A stretch of 64,000 nucleotides of DNA from Octopus sinensis (lineage: Eukaryota), in NCBI RefSeq assembly GCF_006345805.1, contig NC_043016.1:496001-560000 (forward strand), written 5' to 3'. Below the pieces are notes generated by a model, which ran no database searches, was not told the origin of the DNA, and saw only the letters and a program-made list of their open reading frames with translations. This document shows positions 1-12,945 of this stretch, one piece after another (positions within the stretch are counted from its first letter, which is position 1; each line of letters opens with the position of its first letter). Position numbers and translations under genes: made by a program.

Positions 1-292
1 GGGGGGGGTCGATATAGTAGAGTTACCACCCCCCCCCCCCACTTCTCCTCTGAACTTGGCCTTGTGCCAAAATCTGGAGCTGGCAGAATCGTTTAACAAG
101 TCGGGTGAAATGCTTAGCGGCATCCGTTCTTCATCCGTTCTTCACATTCTGAGTTCAAATTCCACCGCGGTCAACTTTGGCTTTCATTCTTTCAGCGTCG
201 ATAAATTAAGTACCCATGAAACATTGAGGTTGATGTAATCAACAAGTCGCACACTCCAAATTTCAGGCCTTGTGCCTATAGTAGAAAAGATT
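1..292 (+). mobile_element. tRNA-headed SINE family S1: 3' end of one copy (1-75) followed by a full copy (76-292)
   Basis: A-box-like TGGCAGAATCG and B-box-like GAGTTCAAATTCC; conserved body GGTCAACTTTGGCTTTCATTC..GTCGATAAATTAAGTAC; tail GGCCTTGTGCC..(ATT)n. The same sequence recurs more than 20 times in the window. Confidence 0.85.
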
Positions 293-552
293 ATTATAAT
301 TATTATTATTATGATTATTATTGTTATTATTATTATTATTATTATCATCGTCATCGCCACCATCATCATCATCGTCGTCGTCGTCGTCCTCCTCCTCCTC
401 CTCCCCCGCATCATCATCATCATCATCATCATTCTTCTCCTTCTTCTTCTTCTTCTTCTCCTTCTTCCCCCTCCTCCTCCTCCTCCTCCTCCTCCCCTTC
501 TTCTTCTTCTTCTTCTTCTTGTTATCATTACTACTATTATTATTGTTGCTAT
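293..552. repeat. Composite trinucleotide microsatellite (TAT/CAT/CGT/CCT/CTT)n
   Basis: Seen directly; in-register switches between trinucleotide units. Confidence 0.95.
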
Positions 553-554
553 AA

Positions 555-770
555 GGCGTCGAGCTGGCAGAATCGTTAGCGCACCGGACGAAGTACTTAT
601 CGGTATTTCGCCAGTCGCTACGTTCTGAGTTCAAATTCCGCTGTAGCTGACTTTGCCTTTCACCCTTTCGGGGTCGATAAAACAAGTACCAGTTGCACAC
701 TGGGGTCGATGTTATCCACTATCCCTCTCCCCCAAATTTCAGGCCTTGTGCAAATACCTGAAAGGATTAT
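555..770 (+). mobile_element. SINE S1 copy, a-type tail
   Basis: GGCGTCGAGCTGGCAGAATCGTTAGC head, GAGTTCAAATTCC, central domain, AAATTTCAGGCCTTGTGC tail. Confidence 0.85.
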
Positions 771-789
771 TATTATTATTATTATTATT

Positions 790-1352
790 GAGTGAGAGAG
801 CAGTTCATGCCATCAAAGTGACACTGGGGTAAAATATACAAAGCCCAGTATACCCATCATGACTACCCGTCTGATAAGGGTACACTAGGCACATGCATCA
901 CAACCATATGTGCGCGACATGGTAATCTCATATCAAGATAAACAATACATGACCTTGCAGGTGGGGGCCCAGTTAGAATTGTCTTCTGGTCGAGTAACCC
1001 ATCCTGCTCAAAAGGTCCCTGAATAAGGATTGTTTAAGGATGTTGAACTAAACACCCATGTTTCCAGAGGTGAACTATTCAAACCCCAAAGAATCCCTCT
1101 CAACACATGACTATGATGCTCCCCCCATCGATGCTCCACCACTTCTTCTGCTCGTGATCAGAGATGCACATATCGTCAGCCACTAAGGGACATGCTCAAC
1201 TGGTTAAGGGTCAAACAACTGACAAGCAAATCTGTGGTATTGAGCAGAATATTTGCTGTAGCCCATCTTTTATACCAAGACAAAACAATGTACATGATAA
1301 CACTTCCAATCAGTTAAGATCAAAAGCTACGAGAGCCACTGCCTGGTACTGT
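790..1352 (-). mobile_element. ~560-bp non-coding interspersed element N560, flanked by (AAT)n
   Basis: Reverse complement of 31788-32342; also matches 14434-14953 and 27268-27582. No tRNA/5S head and no meaningful ORF. Confidence 0.85.
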
Positions 1353-1364
1353 ATTATTATTATA

Positions 1365-1980
1365 AGGTAAGGCGGACAAAATGTTTGGCGATACTTCGTC
1401 CATCTTTACGTTTTGAGTTCAAATGCCACCGTGGTCGACTTTACCTTTCATCCTTTCGGGGTCGATAAATTAAGCACCAGTTGTATACTGGTGTCAATGT
1501 TATTGACTTACATTTCCCTCGAAATGGTTGAGCTTGTACCAAAATTTGAAACCATTATTGTTATCATCAAGGCGGCGAGCTGGCAGAATCGTTAGCGCGC
1601 CGGGAAAAAATGTTTAGCAGTATTTCCTCTGTGTGTACGTTCTGAGTTCAAATTCTGCCGTGGTCGACTTTGCCTTTCATCCTTTGTGGTCAATAAAATA
1701 AAAACCAGTCGAGCAATTGTAAGTCGATGTAATTGACTTACCATGTCCTCTGAAATTGCTGGCCTTGTGGCAAACTGGCAGAATCGTTAGCACTCCAAGA
1801 AAAATGCTTAACAGTATTTCGTTCGTCTTTGCCTTCTTAGTCCAAATTCCGCTGAAGTCGACTTTGCCTTTCATCCCTTCGTGATCAATAAAATAAGTAC
1901 CAGTTGAGCACCGGGGTCGATGCAATCGATTTAGTCCCTTTCCCAAATCTGGTAGCCTTGTGCCAAAATTTGAAATTATT
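1365..1980 (+). mobile_element. Three head-to-tail SINE S1 copies
   Basis: Three successive GAGTTCAAAT..GGTCGACTTT(A/G)CCTTTCATCC..AAGTACCAG units, each ending in (CTTGT)GCC-type tails. Confidence 0.85.
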
Positions 1981-1994
1981 ATAAGTAATATTAT

Positions 1995-3525
1995 CATTGT
2001 TCAACGTTTGGTAGTTTTATGCAAATTTCTACTGCATCACCTGCTATATATCCGTGTTGCTGGGGTGTGTGCAGGGTTGTGTGTTCATTTTGTCGCTAGA
2101 AGTGTGCAAACCCTTCCCGGTACTGTATTGTGTCAGTTTCTTTCTCTCTTCTTTGAGGTGTGGTGCAGCCTTTTGTTGTGTCTGTGTTTGTATTGTGTGT
2201 TGTGTGTGCAATGCGTTGGGTAACTAGCTTGCTTGTGGTAGTTTATTTCAATTGATATTTGCTGTATAGAGTGTATCTTGTGTATGTGGATTATTTTCTT
2301 CAAATTGTATTATTGAATTGATAGTATCTTGTGTAGATGTTTTTATTATTATCATGCCAACTGAACTAATCATTACTGGTATTGTTTTGACATTCATGCT
2401 CCACACCTTGAATACTTCATTTTCGTGGTCTTTTACTTTGACAATTTCTCCACTTCTTTTTTGGACAATATTTTGATCAAAAGCAATTGCAATATCTATC
2501 AATAAACAGATGTTTTTTCTCTATCCTTGATTATAATGTCTGGCAATTAGCTTCTATTTCTTCGTCTGTTTGAACAGGCATACCCCAGATGATTGTGGCC
2601 TGGTCATTGTCATGTACCTTGTTTGGCGCATGTTTATCTCTCTATATATAAACGGCAAAATGTCTGCGTGCGTGTCCTTTATACAAATCCACAACTTTTC
2701 AGTTAGAGGGCTCGCACTTGCTATGGTCATTCAAAACCGTCCAAGGGTGGTCGTGCACATCTTTACATTTCCCCTGTCACCCCGCAAAGCCATTAAAAAA
2801 ATAAATAGAAGTGACTTTTTTGTGAATTTTCTATCCAAAACCCAATCAAAATGCCCGAAACTTGATACGCCAATTGAATGCCAGCTAGCTGTATGTGATT
2901 GGTTGGAGATTTGGACAGTGCTCGCGTGTATGTGCGCACGCACGCAGCTGTATATGCATGCACTAGCACTATTTATTGTTAGTTTTTAAGTAGTAGTATT
3001 GGCATATTGTCCAGTGAATATAACTACTTATTCGGTCGTGTTTGTATTTATATCCAGATTTGGCAAGGACTGGACAGCCAAAGATGGTGTCAACGGTCTC
3101 ATTGTGCTGGTTGCATATTCTGCATTAGGAGCTAGGTCCCGTTTTCGTTATTTTGCTTTCATAGTTGTTTGTAGCCTGGCATTGGTCTTTTGTAACGAGA
3201 ATCAGTCCTTTCGTTTAAGCTTTTAGTCTAGAATTTTTGAGCCATTGTTGGTCTTTACTTATGCCTGCTCTTCTTTGTCAAGCTTTGCAGGGTATTGGCC
3301 ATGGATTAACTTTTCTTTCCATTTCTTTATTATTATGTTTCGTAATTCTGTTTTCACGTTCTTATTTGTCTCTGACCATTTCTGCTATGTTGTCACCTGA
3401 GGTCAGTATATCAGTGTAATTTGTTTCTGTTTTGTATTTTGTCGCCTCCTCGTGTGTAGAGAAAAACGTTTTCTTTTTCTCGTGTTGCTTTACTACATAT
3501 AGTAGTCTCCTATTTTTGTTTCTAC

Positions 3526-3527
<2 letters not shown>
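1995..3527 (-). mobile_element. Degenerate 5'-truncated R4/Dong-clade LINE, family G, interrupted by a Helitron
   Basis: Minus-strand translation across frameshifts: KQHEKKK..., HGQYPAKLDK, CRICNQHNETVD..GCPVLAK..HDRI..YIHW, HAPNKVHDNDQATIIWGMPVQTD, IDIAIAFDQN...VKTIPVMISSVGMI (zinc knuckle plus restriction-like endonuclease). Confidence 0.8.
2637..2972 (+). mobile_element. Non-autonomous Helitron H1, 3' terminus deleted
   Basis: Starts a|TCTCTCTATATATAAACGGC; collinear with the reverse complement of 12605-12945; stops at CTAGCACTAT, lacking the terminal hairpin and final CTAG. Confidence 0.75.
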
Positions 3528-3577
<50 letters not shown>

Positions 3578-3626
3578 TATCACCATCACCATCACCACCA
3601 CCACCACCACCACCACCACCACCACC

Positions 3627-3707
<81 letters not shown>
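3528..3707. repeat. Composite (CAT)n(CAC)n(CAT)n(TAT)n tract between two R4 pieces
   Basis: Seen directly; on the minus strand it is the tail of the family-A piece. Confidence 0.95.
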
Positions 3708-3710
<3 letters not shown>

Positions 3711-4549
3711 TAGTTTTATTTTTATAGCGTGCTTTCACTTCACTACCGAGCGCAGCTCTGTGTGCCTTGGGTATGTGCTGTGATTTGTTGTGATGCTCTG
3801 ATGGTTACTGTATGGAAAGTGTTCTGCGTAGGATGTGTGCAGTGCCTAGTAGTGCAATTTTCTGTATGTTATATGTGTTTTGTAAGTCTGGTGTTTTTGT
3901 TTGATTTGTCTGAATATTTTTTTATCATGCCTAATGCACCTACTATGATAGGAATTGTTTCTGTTTTCAGATTCCACATTCTAGTTACCTCTATTTCCAG
4001 TCTTTGTATTTTGAGAGTTTCTCCATTTCTTTTAGAGACACGTTGTCATCTGCCGGTATTGATACATCAATTAGAAAGCATTTTTTTCTTCATGATCTCT
4101 GACAACTATTCTGGTCTGTTGGCCTTAATTTCTCTATCTGTGTGTATCGGCATATCCCAGAGTATGTTGCTTTCTCGTTTTCTGTGTGACCTTTTCTGGT
4201 GATTGCCTATACTATCTTTTTTTCTGTTGTTATTCCTAATGTTAGCATAGCTTCCAGTGTATGTAGGTTCCAACTCTGTCATGTCTGTGAATATATTCCT
4301 TCTTAGCCAGGACTGGGCAGCCAGAGATAATAGGATTTATTGTTTCTTGTCCATCTCCACATATTCTGCAGTTGCTTGTTATATTTTCTTTCATTACATG
4401 TTTTTGGTAATTTCTGGTGGGGAGGCTTTGGTCTTGTGCTGCAATTAAAAATCCCTCTGTTCCTGCTTTGAGTCCTGAGCTCTCAACCATTGCTGGGATT
4501 TTTCTTTGTCTATTTCTTTTGCGTTTAGTTTAGTGCAGTATTTACCATG
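3708..4549 (-). mobile_element. R4/Dong-clade LINE family A, 3' ~0.84 kb
   Basis: ORF 4242-4490: SGLKAGTEGFLIAAQDQSLPTRNY..CRICGDGQETINPIISGCPVLAKKEYIHRHDRVG; 3' UTR nearly identical to those at 18120-18231 and 57320-57435. Confidence 0.9.
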
Positions 4550-5360
<811 letters not shown>

Positions 5361-6263
5361 TCTGTTTGACTTTGCTTTGTATTTGTACAAGTTGACACCA
5401 AGTCTCACACCAAAGACCACAAGAGACAACAAGTTAGAGGTTCATGTTGGTGTTATACCTTGGGTGTCATATATTTGGTTTTGCACAAAGTATTGTTCTA
5501 GAGAATGTTGAAGAAAACAAGAAAATTATGAGTTTGTTTTAAAATTTGAGATTACATAGACAGTATTTTACGTAGGATATGGGCAGTTCCCATGAGCACT
5601 ATCTTTCAATTTTCTGTCATTTTGAGGTTTCCTGGTATCTGAGCTAGGAAGGAATCAGCCCTTTTGCTATCATTCCTAGGGCACCCATGTCAACAGGTAT
5701 TGTTTTAGTCTTCAGGTTCCACATTTTACCAGTTTCTATCTCATTCTTTATACTTGCTCAGATTTTGGTAGGTCTTGACACATAAGTTATGTCGATTGGG
5801 ACAGTCATATCAATGACGAGGCATGATTTTTGTCTGAAGTCTTTCAATATAATGTCTGGCCAATTTGCATCTATTTTTTTTTTCAGTTTGAATGAAGTTT
5901 CAGAGGAGTGAGATGTGATCATTTTCAAGCACTGGAGGTGGTTTGTGTTCCACCAGTTTTTATCATGGGGCAAGTCCAGGCTTTTGCAAATTACCCAGTG
6001 AATAAATTGTGTGGCTCTATCATGCCTGTTAAGATACTCTGTAGGCGCAAGAAGACTGGACTTGGAGACAACATGATCAATGGTTTCATTTTGTTGTCGG
6101 CATACACGACATGTTGGGCTACTGCCGTTCTTTAATATGTTGGCCTGGTAGTTTCTTGTTGGTAGGCATTGATCTTGAGCTGCTATGATAAACTCTTCTG
6201 TTTCAGATTTTAAGCCAGATGCCATTAGCCATTGATGGGTAAGGGCTTTGTCAGCATCGGCAT

Positions 6264-6264
<1 letters not shown>
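5361..6264 (-). mobile_element. R4/Dong-clade LINE family B, 3' ~0.9 kb
   Basis: ORF 5758-6225: ASGLKSETEEFIIAAQDQCLPTRNY..CRVCRQQNETIDHVV..ANWPDIILKD..IDMTVPIDI; 3' UTR matches 31440-31620 and 60540-60760. Confidence 0.9.
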
Positions 6265-6355
<91 letters not shown>

Positions 6356-6656
6356 AATTGTTCATCAACTGATCTTTTTCGGACTCAACTGGAACCGTTC
6401 AAAGGGATATAAATCCATTTCGATCAAAAGGAGCTTTCATTTCAAAGACTTTGTTTCAGGGTATTTTTACAACCTTTCTGACGAAGACCATTCACTTATT
6501 TCTATTAGTCAAGAAGTTATTTACTTCCAACCATCAGGCCTCATGAGTCGCCTGTATTGCTAAGACGTGAAACCAATGGTGACTTTCTGACCGGTCAGAA
6601 CCAAAGATTACATAAAACACTACTACTTAAAACACACGCGCGCACGCACGCACGCA

Positions 6657-6713
<57 letters not shown>

Positions 6714-6832
6714 GACACACAGACACACATGCACAGACTCACACAGCTCACAAACAGAAACATATTTAATGTTGCGAGTATGTGTGTATGTATGTATGTA
6801 TGTTGTATTATGTATGCCATGTATCTCTCTCG

Positions 6833-6865
<33 letters not shown>

Positions 6866-6935
6866 TATATGTATGTATATATATACATATATATATATGT
6901 ATATATATACATATATATATATGTATATATATAAT
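6265..6935. repeat. Microsatellites (GATA)n 6265-6355, (CA)n 6625-6740 and (TA)n 6845-6933, with short unique spacers
   Basis: Seen directly. Confidence 0.9.
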
Positions 6936-7689
6936 TGGTCCAGCCATCTAGCTGTGACCATCCTATCTTCTTCCTTTAGCTGTTATATTCACTAAGTGAT
7001 CGGTTGAATACGAATGCAGATGTATGTAGAGAGTGTATGAAGTCCTTTCCAATGGATTCTACCTGTAATTCAAAGAAATTTCCATTCCACATATTTTGAT
7101 TCGGACTGGGAATTACATCGAAGGTAAGATGACCTGCAACAATATCGAGCCCCCCCCCCTACATGTACAAAAGTTAAACGTCACTAGGTTTCAGAACGTC
7201 AACGGACATAACAATTGACCATAAAGCACTTTGTTAGCTTCTCTACTAGTTCTACCAAATTAGAATTCTCAATGCTGAGGTCTTACAAAATAAGTTGAAA
7301 AATCATATAATTTTATAAACAATAACAATTTTATCTCAGACATTTAGATAATGAATGAGTCTCTAAATTCAGAAATAGCATTTCTCTTCATTAACTACAG
7401 TTTAAAATAATATCCTTAACCAGAAATATAGCACCCGATGAACGATTAGACTACTGCTCCCAACTATGGTCACCACACGGTGTAAAAGTAACGGCGGAAC
7501 ACGCAGCGTAGCTACACAAAAAAGATCGTCTCAATGCAATATATTTGCTGAGGTGGAAGATAGAAAAGTAAGTATTAGGTGTATATGCATATTTCAATTG
7601 TCATTGATCCTTCTTCAGAACCACATCCAACTCATTAACTATCCTCAACACACAAATTTACTATTCTACATTGAACTGCGTAGAACATA

Positions 7690-7734
<45 letters not shown>

Positions 7735-7741
7735 ACATTAT

Positions 7742-8112
7742 ATAGGGAGAGTTTACGAAAAAACAAAGACGAAGACAGGTGGTGTACGAAACAAACAGAT
7801 TTATTAGTATAACACTCTTTTACGTTCGAGCCTACGCTCTTCTACAAAAAGGGACACAGAAAAAACAAGGAGAGAAAAAAATGTGTATAGTGGCTAACGA
7901 TATATATATATAGTTAATCGAAACTTGAACAAAGAGAAAACACAACAACGCGAGGACGTGGAATAAGTATAGTGTTATTGGACGCTCAGGAAAAGAAAGA
8001 AAGAAGGAGGATTTAACGTTACGAGCGGACCTCTTCGTCAGATATATAGAAAACAAGAACAAGTCCAAAGAAGGGAAACGGAGAAAGAAAATCGCCAACG
8101 ATACACACGCGG
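7742..8112 (-). mobile_element. Two adjacent short Penelope-like terminal remnants between (TA)n and (CA)n tracts, each with a decayed minimal hammerhead core
   Basis: Minus strand TTGTAGA-AGAGC-GTAG-GCTC-GAAC (7821-7847) and CTGACGA-AGAG-GTCC-GCTC-GTAAC (8015-8041). The first unit recurs inverted at 39735-39927. Confidence 0.6.
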
Positions 8113-8154
<42 letters not shown>

Positions 8155-8217
8155 ATATATATGACTGCAATTGATGGGTGAGCGTTTGGTTAGCTCTATA
8201 TGTATGTATGTTTGTGT

Positions 8218-8585
8218 GTGTGTGTGCTTGGCAATAAGCTTGTTTCTCAACCACATAGTTTTGGTTTCAGTCCCACTGCGTGGCACCTTTGGCAAGTGTC
8301 TTCTACTATAGCCCCGGGTTGACTAAAGCCTTGTGAGTGGATTCGATTGACGGAAACGGAGAGAAACCCGTCGTATACATGTACCAACACATATGTATAT
8401 ATATATATTTATGTGTGTATGTCGTTGTGTCTGTGTTTGTCCCTCCACCATCGCTTGATAACCGATCCTTGTGTGTTTACGTCCCCGTAAAGTAGCTGTT
8501 CGATAGAGGGGATCGATAGAATAAGTACTATCGACTTAAAAACCCATTTTGACCGCAGTAAAATGACTGAAAGAAGTAAAAGAAT
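8218..8585 (+). mobile_element. CORE-type tRNA SINE family S2
   Basis: GGTTTCAGTCCCACTGCGTGGCACCTTTGGCAAGTGTCTTCTACTATAGCC resembles the CORE motif TGTGTGACCTTGGGCAAGT; internal (TA/TG)n; GTAAAAGA-type tail. Confidence 0.8.
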
Positions 8586-8830
8586 ATGTATGTATGTATG
8601 CATGTATGTATGTATGTATGTGTGTGTGTATGTATGTGTGTATGTATGTGTGTCTGTATGTATGTATGTATGTATGTATGTATGGATGTATGTATGTATG
8701 TTGTATGTATGATGTATGTATGTATGTATGTATGTATGTATGTATGTATGTATGTATGTTATGTATGTATGTATGTATGTATGTATGTATTATGTATGTA
8801 TGAAGTTATATGTATGTGTATATGTAAATA
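8586..8830. repeat. (TATG)n tetranucleotide tract
   Basis: Seen directly. Confidence 0.95.
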
Positions 8831-9780
8831 TGTGAATGTGTGTAAAAGCTTAAAAATAAGACAAAATAAAACAAAAGCAAGGAAAGTTTTCTTTTTAAAC
8901 TTGGTCTTTTTTTCCTATCATATCACGCATCTCACTTTAGAAAAAATTTGGTTTTTTGGATCTCGTTGCGATTGATATATTATTCCAATAGACACATCAT
9001 TCAAACTGGCATTAGAGATTTAGCACAGTTAACTAGGGCCAAGCATTCCTCTTTCCTGCCATAAAGAAGTTGGTAATAAGAGATAAAATTTGAGATAGAA
9101 TTCAAAGACTCAGAACATTAAAAAAAGAAAAAGAAAAAAAGAAAAGAGACATTCCTTATGGTCAAACGATATATAATCCAAGACTCTAACATTTTTACTG
9201 GCTCACTTCTCTAAACTGGAACTTTATTTATTGACTTTGAAATTTGATTTCGGCTAGGTTTGGATCGATAGCAAAGGCAGCCTTAAAGCCAACATTCTAG
9301 GATTCTACCGATTCGCTGTTCCCTTTTATCCAAACATTTAGTTAATACTTAGAAAAATTATAATCTTATTATCAACAACGCATTACAGATACCGAATTAT
9401 TTAATCGGCATAAGTGTTGTTCTCCTAAATCTGGTTTTCATTAACGGCTCCTTGGCTGTTTGAAGCTCAACCGATTATTTTTAAGAAGATTAAATCATTC
9501 CTAAAGATAATTCCATCAACTAGTGTTATTAGTTTATCAAACAGTATCCTAAATGAGTGATAGAACTACGTAGGCACAGTCATAGTGATGTCTACAGGAA
9601 TTATCATGAACATTTCCATACTGTTGGAAACTGCTTCAGTTATTTTAATCATAAACACCTGGCTGTGTAATATCTGGCATGAAACCATTGCTTCAATGAC
9701 AACAATCTGATTTATCGTTTAAGAAATGATACTCCTTAACTCAGTGGTTAGAAGGAAGGAAGACTTGGCGTTGAATTTCT

Positions 9781-10006
9781 GGAGGTGGCAGAATCGTTAG
9801 GATGCCGGGCGAAATGCTTAGCGGTATTTCGTCTGCCGTTACGTTCTGAGTTCAAATTCCGCCGATGTCGACTTTGCCTTTCATCCTTTCGGAGTCGATT
9901 AAATAAGTACCAGTTACGCACTGGGGTCGATATAATCGACTTAATCCGTATGATTGTCCTTGTTTGTCCCCTCTATGTTTAACCCCTTGTGGGCAATAAA
10001 GAAATA
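9781..10006 (+). mobile_element. SINE S1, b-type tail
   Basis: Near-consensus body; tail TTGTCCTTGTTTGTCCCCTCTATGTTTAACCCCTTGTGGGCAATAAAGAAATA. Confidence 0.9.
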
Positions 10007-10364
10007 AATACTTGTCATAAAAGAAAAATCACAGAAAAATAGTCAGCTTAATTCGAAGGAAAACTGAATTTGAAATTGATAAGTGGTTTAGCCAGTCAGT
10101 TTGGTTTAACCCACCAGTTGCAGTTTGATTAAAATGCCACTCGATCCATTAACCATCTCACGATTGTTATTCCAACTCCTGAACCACTAAACTATGCGCC
10201 ATCTTAAGTTTTTCATTTACAACATAGTTATTTCAATTTTCTTTTCAGACCATTCCCCAAGCCAAACATTAACGACTTATTAAATATAACCCGTTTTGTT
10301 AATTTAATTTAATCAACATTAAACAAATAACAGTAATATTTACATACAATTTATATATTTTAAT

Positions 10365-10561
10365 GTAATATATATGTACATATACACGTGTGTATGTGTA
10401 TATGTATATATATGTGTGTTTGTGTTCGTATGTCTGTGTATATGTGTATATATAAATACATATATATACATGTATAGATACACACATATATATATGTATA
10501 TATACACTCATATATATATACGTATATATGTGTGTATCTATATATGTATATATATGTATTT

Positions 10562-10629
<68 letters not shown>

Positions 10630-10713
10630 TATATATATATATATGTATATATGTATATTTATATGTATATATATGTATATATATATATATATATATATGT
10701 GTGTATATATGTA

Positions 10714-10764
<51 letters not shown>

Positions 10765-10791
10765 ATAATATATATATATATATTATCTACG

Positions 10792-10823
<32 letters not shown>

Positions 10824-10825
10824 AG
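10365..10825. repeat. (TA)n/(TG)n field
   Basis: Seen directly. Confidence 0.95.
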
Positions 10826-11024
10826 CTAAGAAAAAATGCAATTTTCCAATATTTTTTATTCATTAGCAAAAAGACTGTCATTTATTTATCATTGGCTTTA
10901 TAGTATATCTGACATTTGAAAGAATTTCTGAGATATCCTCTTTTCCTTGTTGCCCTGCCTAAGCACGTTTAACGTTGATTCCGACTTGATCATGAGTCAG
11001 CTCGATCGGGACTAATCTGGGTAT

Positions 11025-11027
11025 TAA

Positions 11028-11076
<49 letters not shown>

Positions 11077-11234
11077 TACTACTACTACTACTACTACTAC
11101 TAATGCTACTGCTAATGCTTGCTACTGCTGCTGCTGCTGCAACTGCAGATTTCAAATTTTGACACAATGCCAGTAGCATCGGAGTAGGACAAGTCGATTA
11201 ATCGACACCCGTGTTCAAGTGGTACTTTAACAAC

Positions 11235-11268
<34 letters not shown>

Positions 11269-11483
11269 ACGACCAACAACAACAACAACAATAATAATAA
11301 TAAAAATAATAATAATAATAATAGAAGGAAGAAGATAGTGAGGAAGAAGAAAAGAGAAGAAGAAGACAGAAGAAGACAGAAGAAGAAAGAAATACAGAAG
11401 AAGGAGAGGAGGAAGAAGAAGAAAAGACGAAGAAGAAGAAGAAAGAAGAGAATGAGATAGAAGAAGAGAAGAAGAAGAAGAAG
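11025..11483. repeat. (CTA)n, (CTG)n, (AAC)n, (AAT)n and (AAG)n tracts, with a minus-strand S1 fragment at ~11135-11225
   Basis: Seen directly. Confidence 0.85.
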
Positions 11484-11879
11484 AATTCTTTCTACTATGG
11501 GCACAAGGCTTGAAATTGGGCGAGGGGTAAGTCGATAACATTGACCCCAGTGCGTAACTGGAACATAATTTATCGACCCTGAAGGATGAAAGGCAAAGTT
11601 GACCCCGGCGGAATTTGAACTCAGAACGTAAAGGCATACGAAATACCTATTTCTTTACTACCCACAAGGAGCTAAACACAGAGGGGACAAACAAGGACAG
11701 ACAAACAGATTAAGCCGATTATATCGACCCCCATTGCGTAACTGGTACTTATTTAATCGACCCCGAAAGGATGAAAGGCAAAGTCGACGTCGGCGGAATT
11801 TGAACTCAGAACGTAACGGCAGACGAAATACCGCTGAGCATTTCGCCCGGCGTGCTAACGCTTCTGCCAACTCGCCACC
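11484..11879 (-). mobile_element. SINE S1 compound: full b-type unit joined at GGTATTT to a headless a-type unit
   Basis: Minus strand ...GTGGGTAGTAAAGAAATA|GGTATTTCGTATGCC... Confidence 0.85.
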
Positions 11880-11914
11880 ATAAATGATGATGATGATGAT
11901 GATGATGATGATAA

Positions 11915-12590
11915 CAAGCATTTAAAACTAATTACACCAAGCACAAAATTGATCAATCACCGTAATCAAACAAATGCAGAATGTGCGGTGAAGCTGGAGA
12001 GATATTGTGGCATATTTTAAGTGAATGCAGCATGAGAAGGCATGACAATATAATGAAACTATAAGAGAAGGTATTACAATATCGTCAGAATGGTCCAGCG
12101 GGAACTGTATATCAATACTGGATTGGAAAGAGCGAGAAAATGGTATGTGTATGAGACAAAGGGTGTGGTAGAAACTGACAGTCATGTTCCTTTGGGACTT
12201 CACGATCCAGTGTGATCATAAATCGAACATGGGAAACCTGATATTTTGCAGGTAGAGAAAGAAGGAAAATTGTGCCTGATCATAGAGATGACTTGCGCTG
12301 GAGACAGTAGAATTGTTGAAAAAAGAAAACTGACGTAAGGAAAGGAATCAAAAAGCTGTGCTCAATGAAAAGAGAGCATACAGTTCCAATAATTGTTGGT
12401 GCCATAGGTAACAGTGAGTAAATTGACTGAAAATGTTAGGAATAAAAATGAAAATATAGCATATCCAGAAAACAGCATTACTTGGCGGTGTAAGGAGTCT
12501 CTGCAAAATCCTCGGTACTTGAATTAAAAGTACCACCTTAGTTTATAGCTACATTAAAGATCTCCCGAACAATAAGCTGAGTGCGTTAGG
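11915..12590 (+). mobile_element. Degenerate R4/Dong-clade 3' fragment, family E
   Basis: Translation across frameshifts: CRMCGEAGEILWHILSECS..RRHDNI..FLWDFTIQCDH..KPDI..VPIIVGAIG..IQKTALLG; preceded by (GAT)n. Confidence 0.75.
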
Positions 12591-12604
12591 CATAATAATA
12601 GTAA

Positions 12605-12945
12605 CTAGCACTATGACGCGGCAACGCCGGGTCATAGTGCTAGTGCATGCACATACACGCGAATACTCTCCAAATCTCCGACCAATCACATACAGCTTGC
12701 TGGTATTCAATTGGCGTATCAAATTTCGGGCATTTTGATTGGGTCTTGGATAGAAAACTCACAAAAAAGTCACCCTTATTGATTTTTAATGGCTTTGCGG
12801 GGTGACTGGGGAAATGTAAAGATGTGCACGACCACCCTTGGACGGTTTTGAATGACCATAGAAAGTGCAAGCCCTCTAAATGAAAAATTGTGGATTTGTA
12901 TAAAGGACACACACGCAGACAGACATTTTGCCGTTTATATAAATA
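12605..12945 (-). mobile_element. Non-autonomous Helitron H1, 3' end intact
   Basis: Minus strand ends with the hairpin ACTAGCACTATGAC..GTCATAGTGCTAG|t; matches 2637-2972. Confidence 0.8.

Noticed and set aside
6476-6520. CTGACGAAGAC.. hammerhead-like start
   Set aside because: No GAAA after the putative stem II (GTCAAGAAG instead); at most a very decayed remnant.
6980-7123. Possible C2H2 zinc-finger exon (CRECMKSF) between AG and GTAAGA
   Set aside because: No His pair at the correct spacing, and stop codons in all three frames.
9300-9720. Faint CR1/L2 RT-like words on the minus strand (NGFMP, ITEAV.., FDKL)
   Set aside because: Too degraded to support by eye; needs a profile-HMM search.
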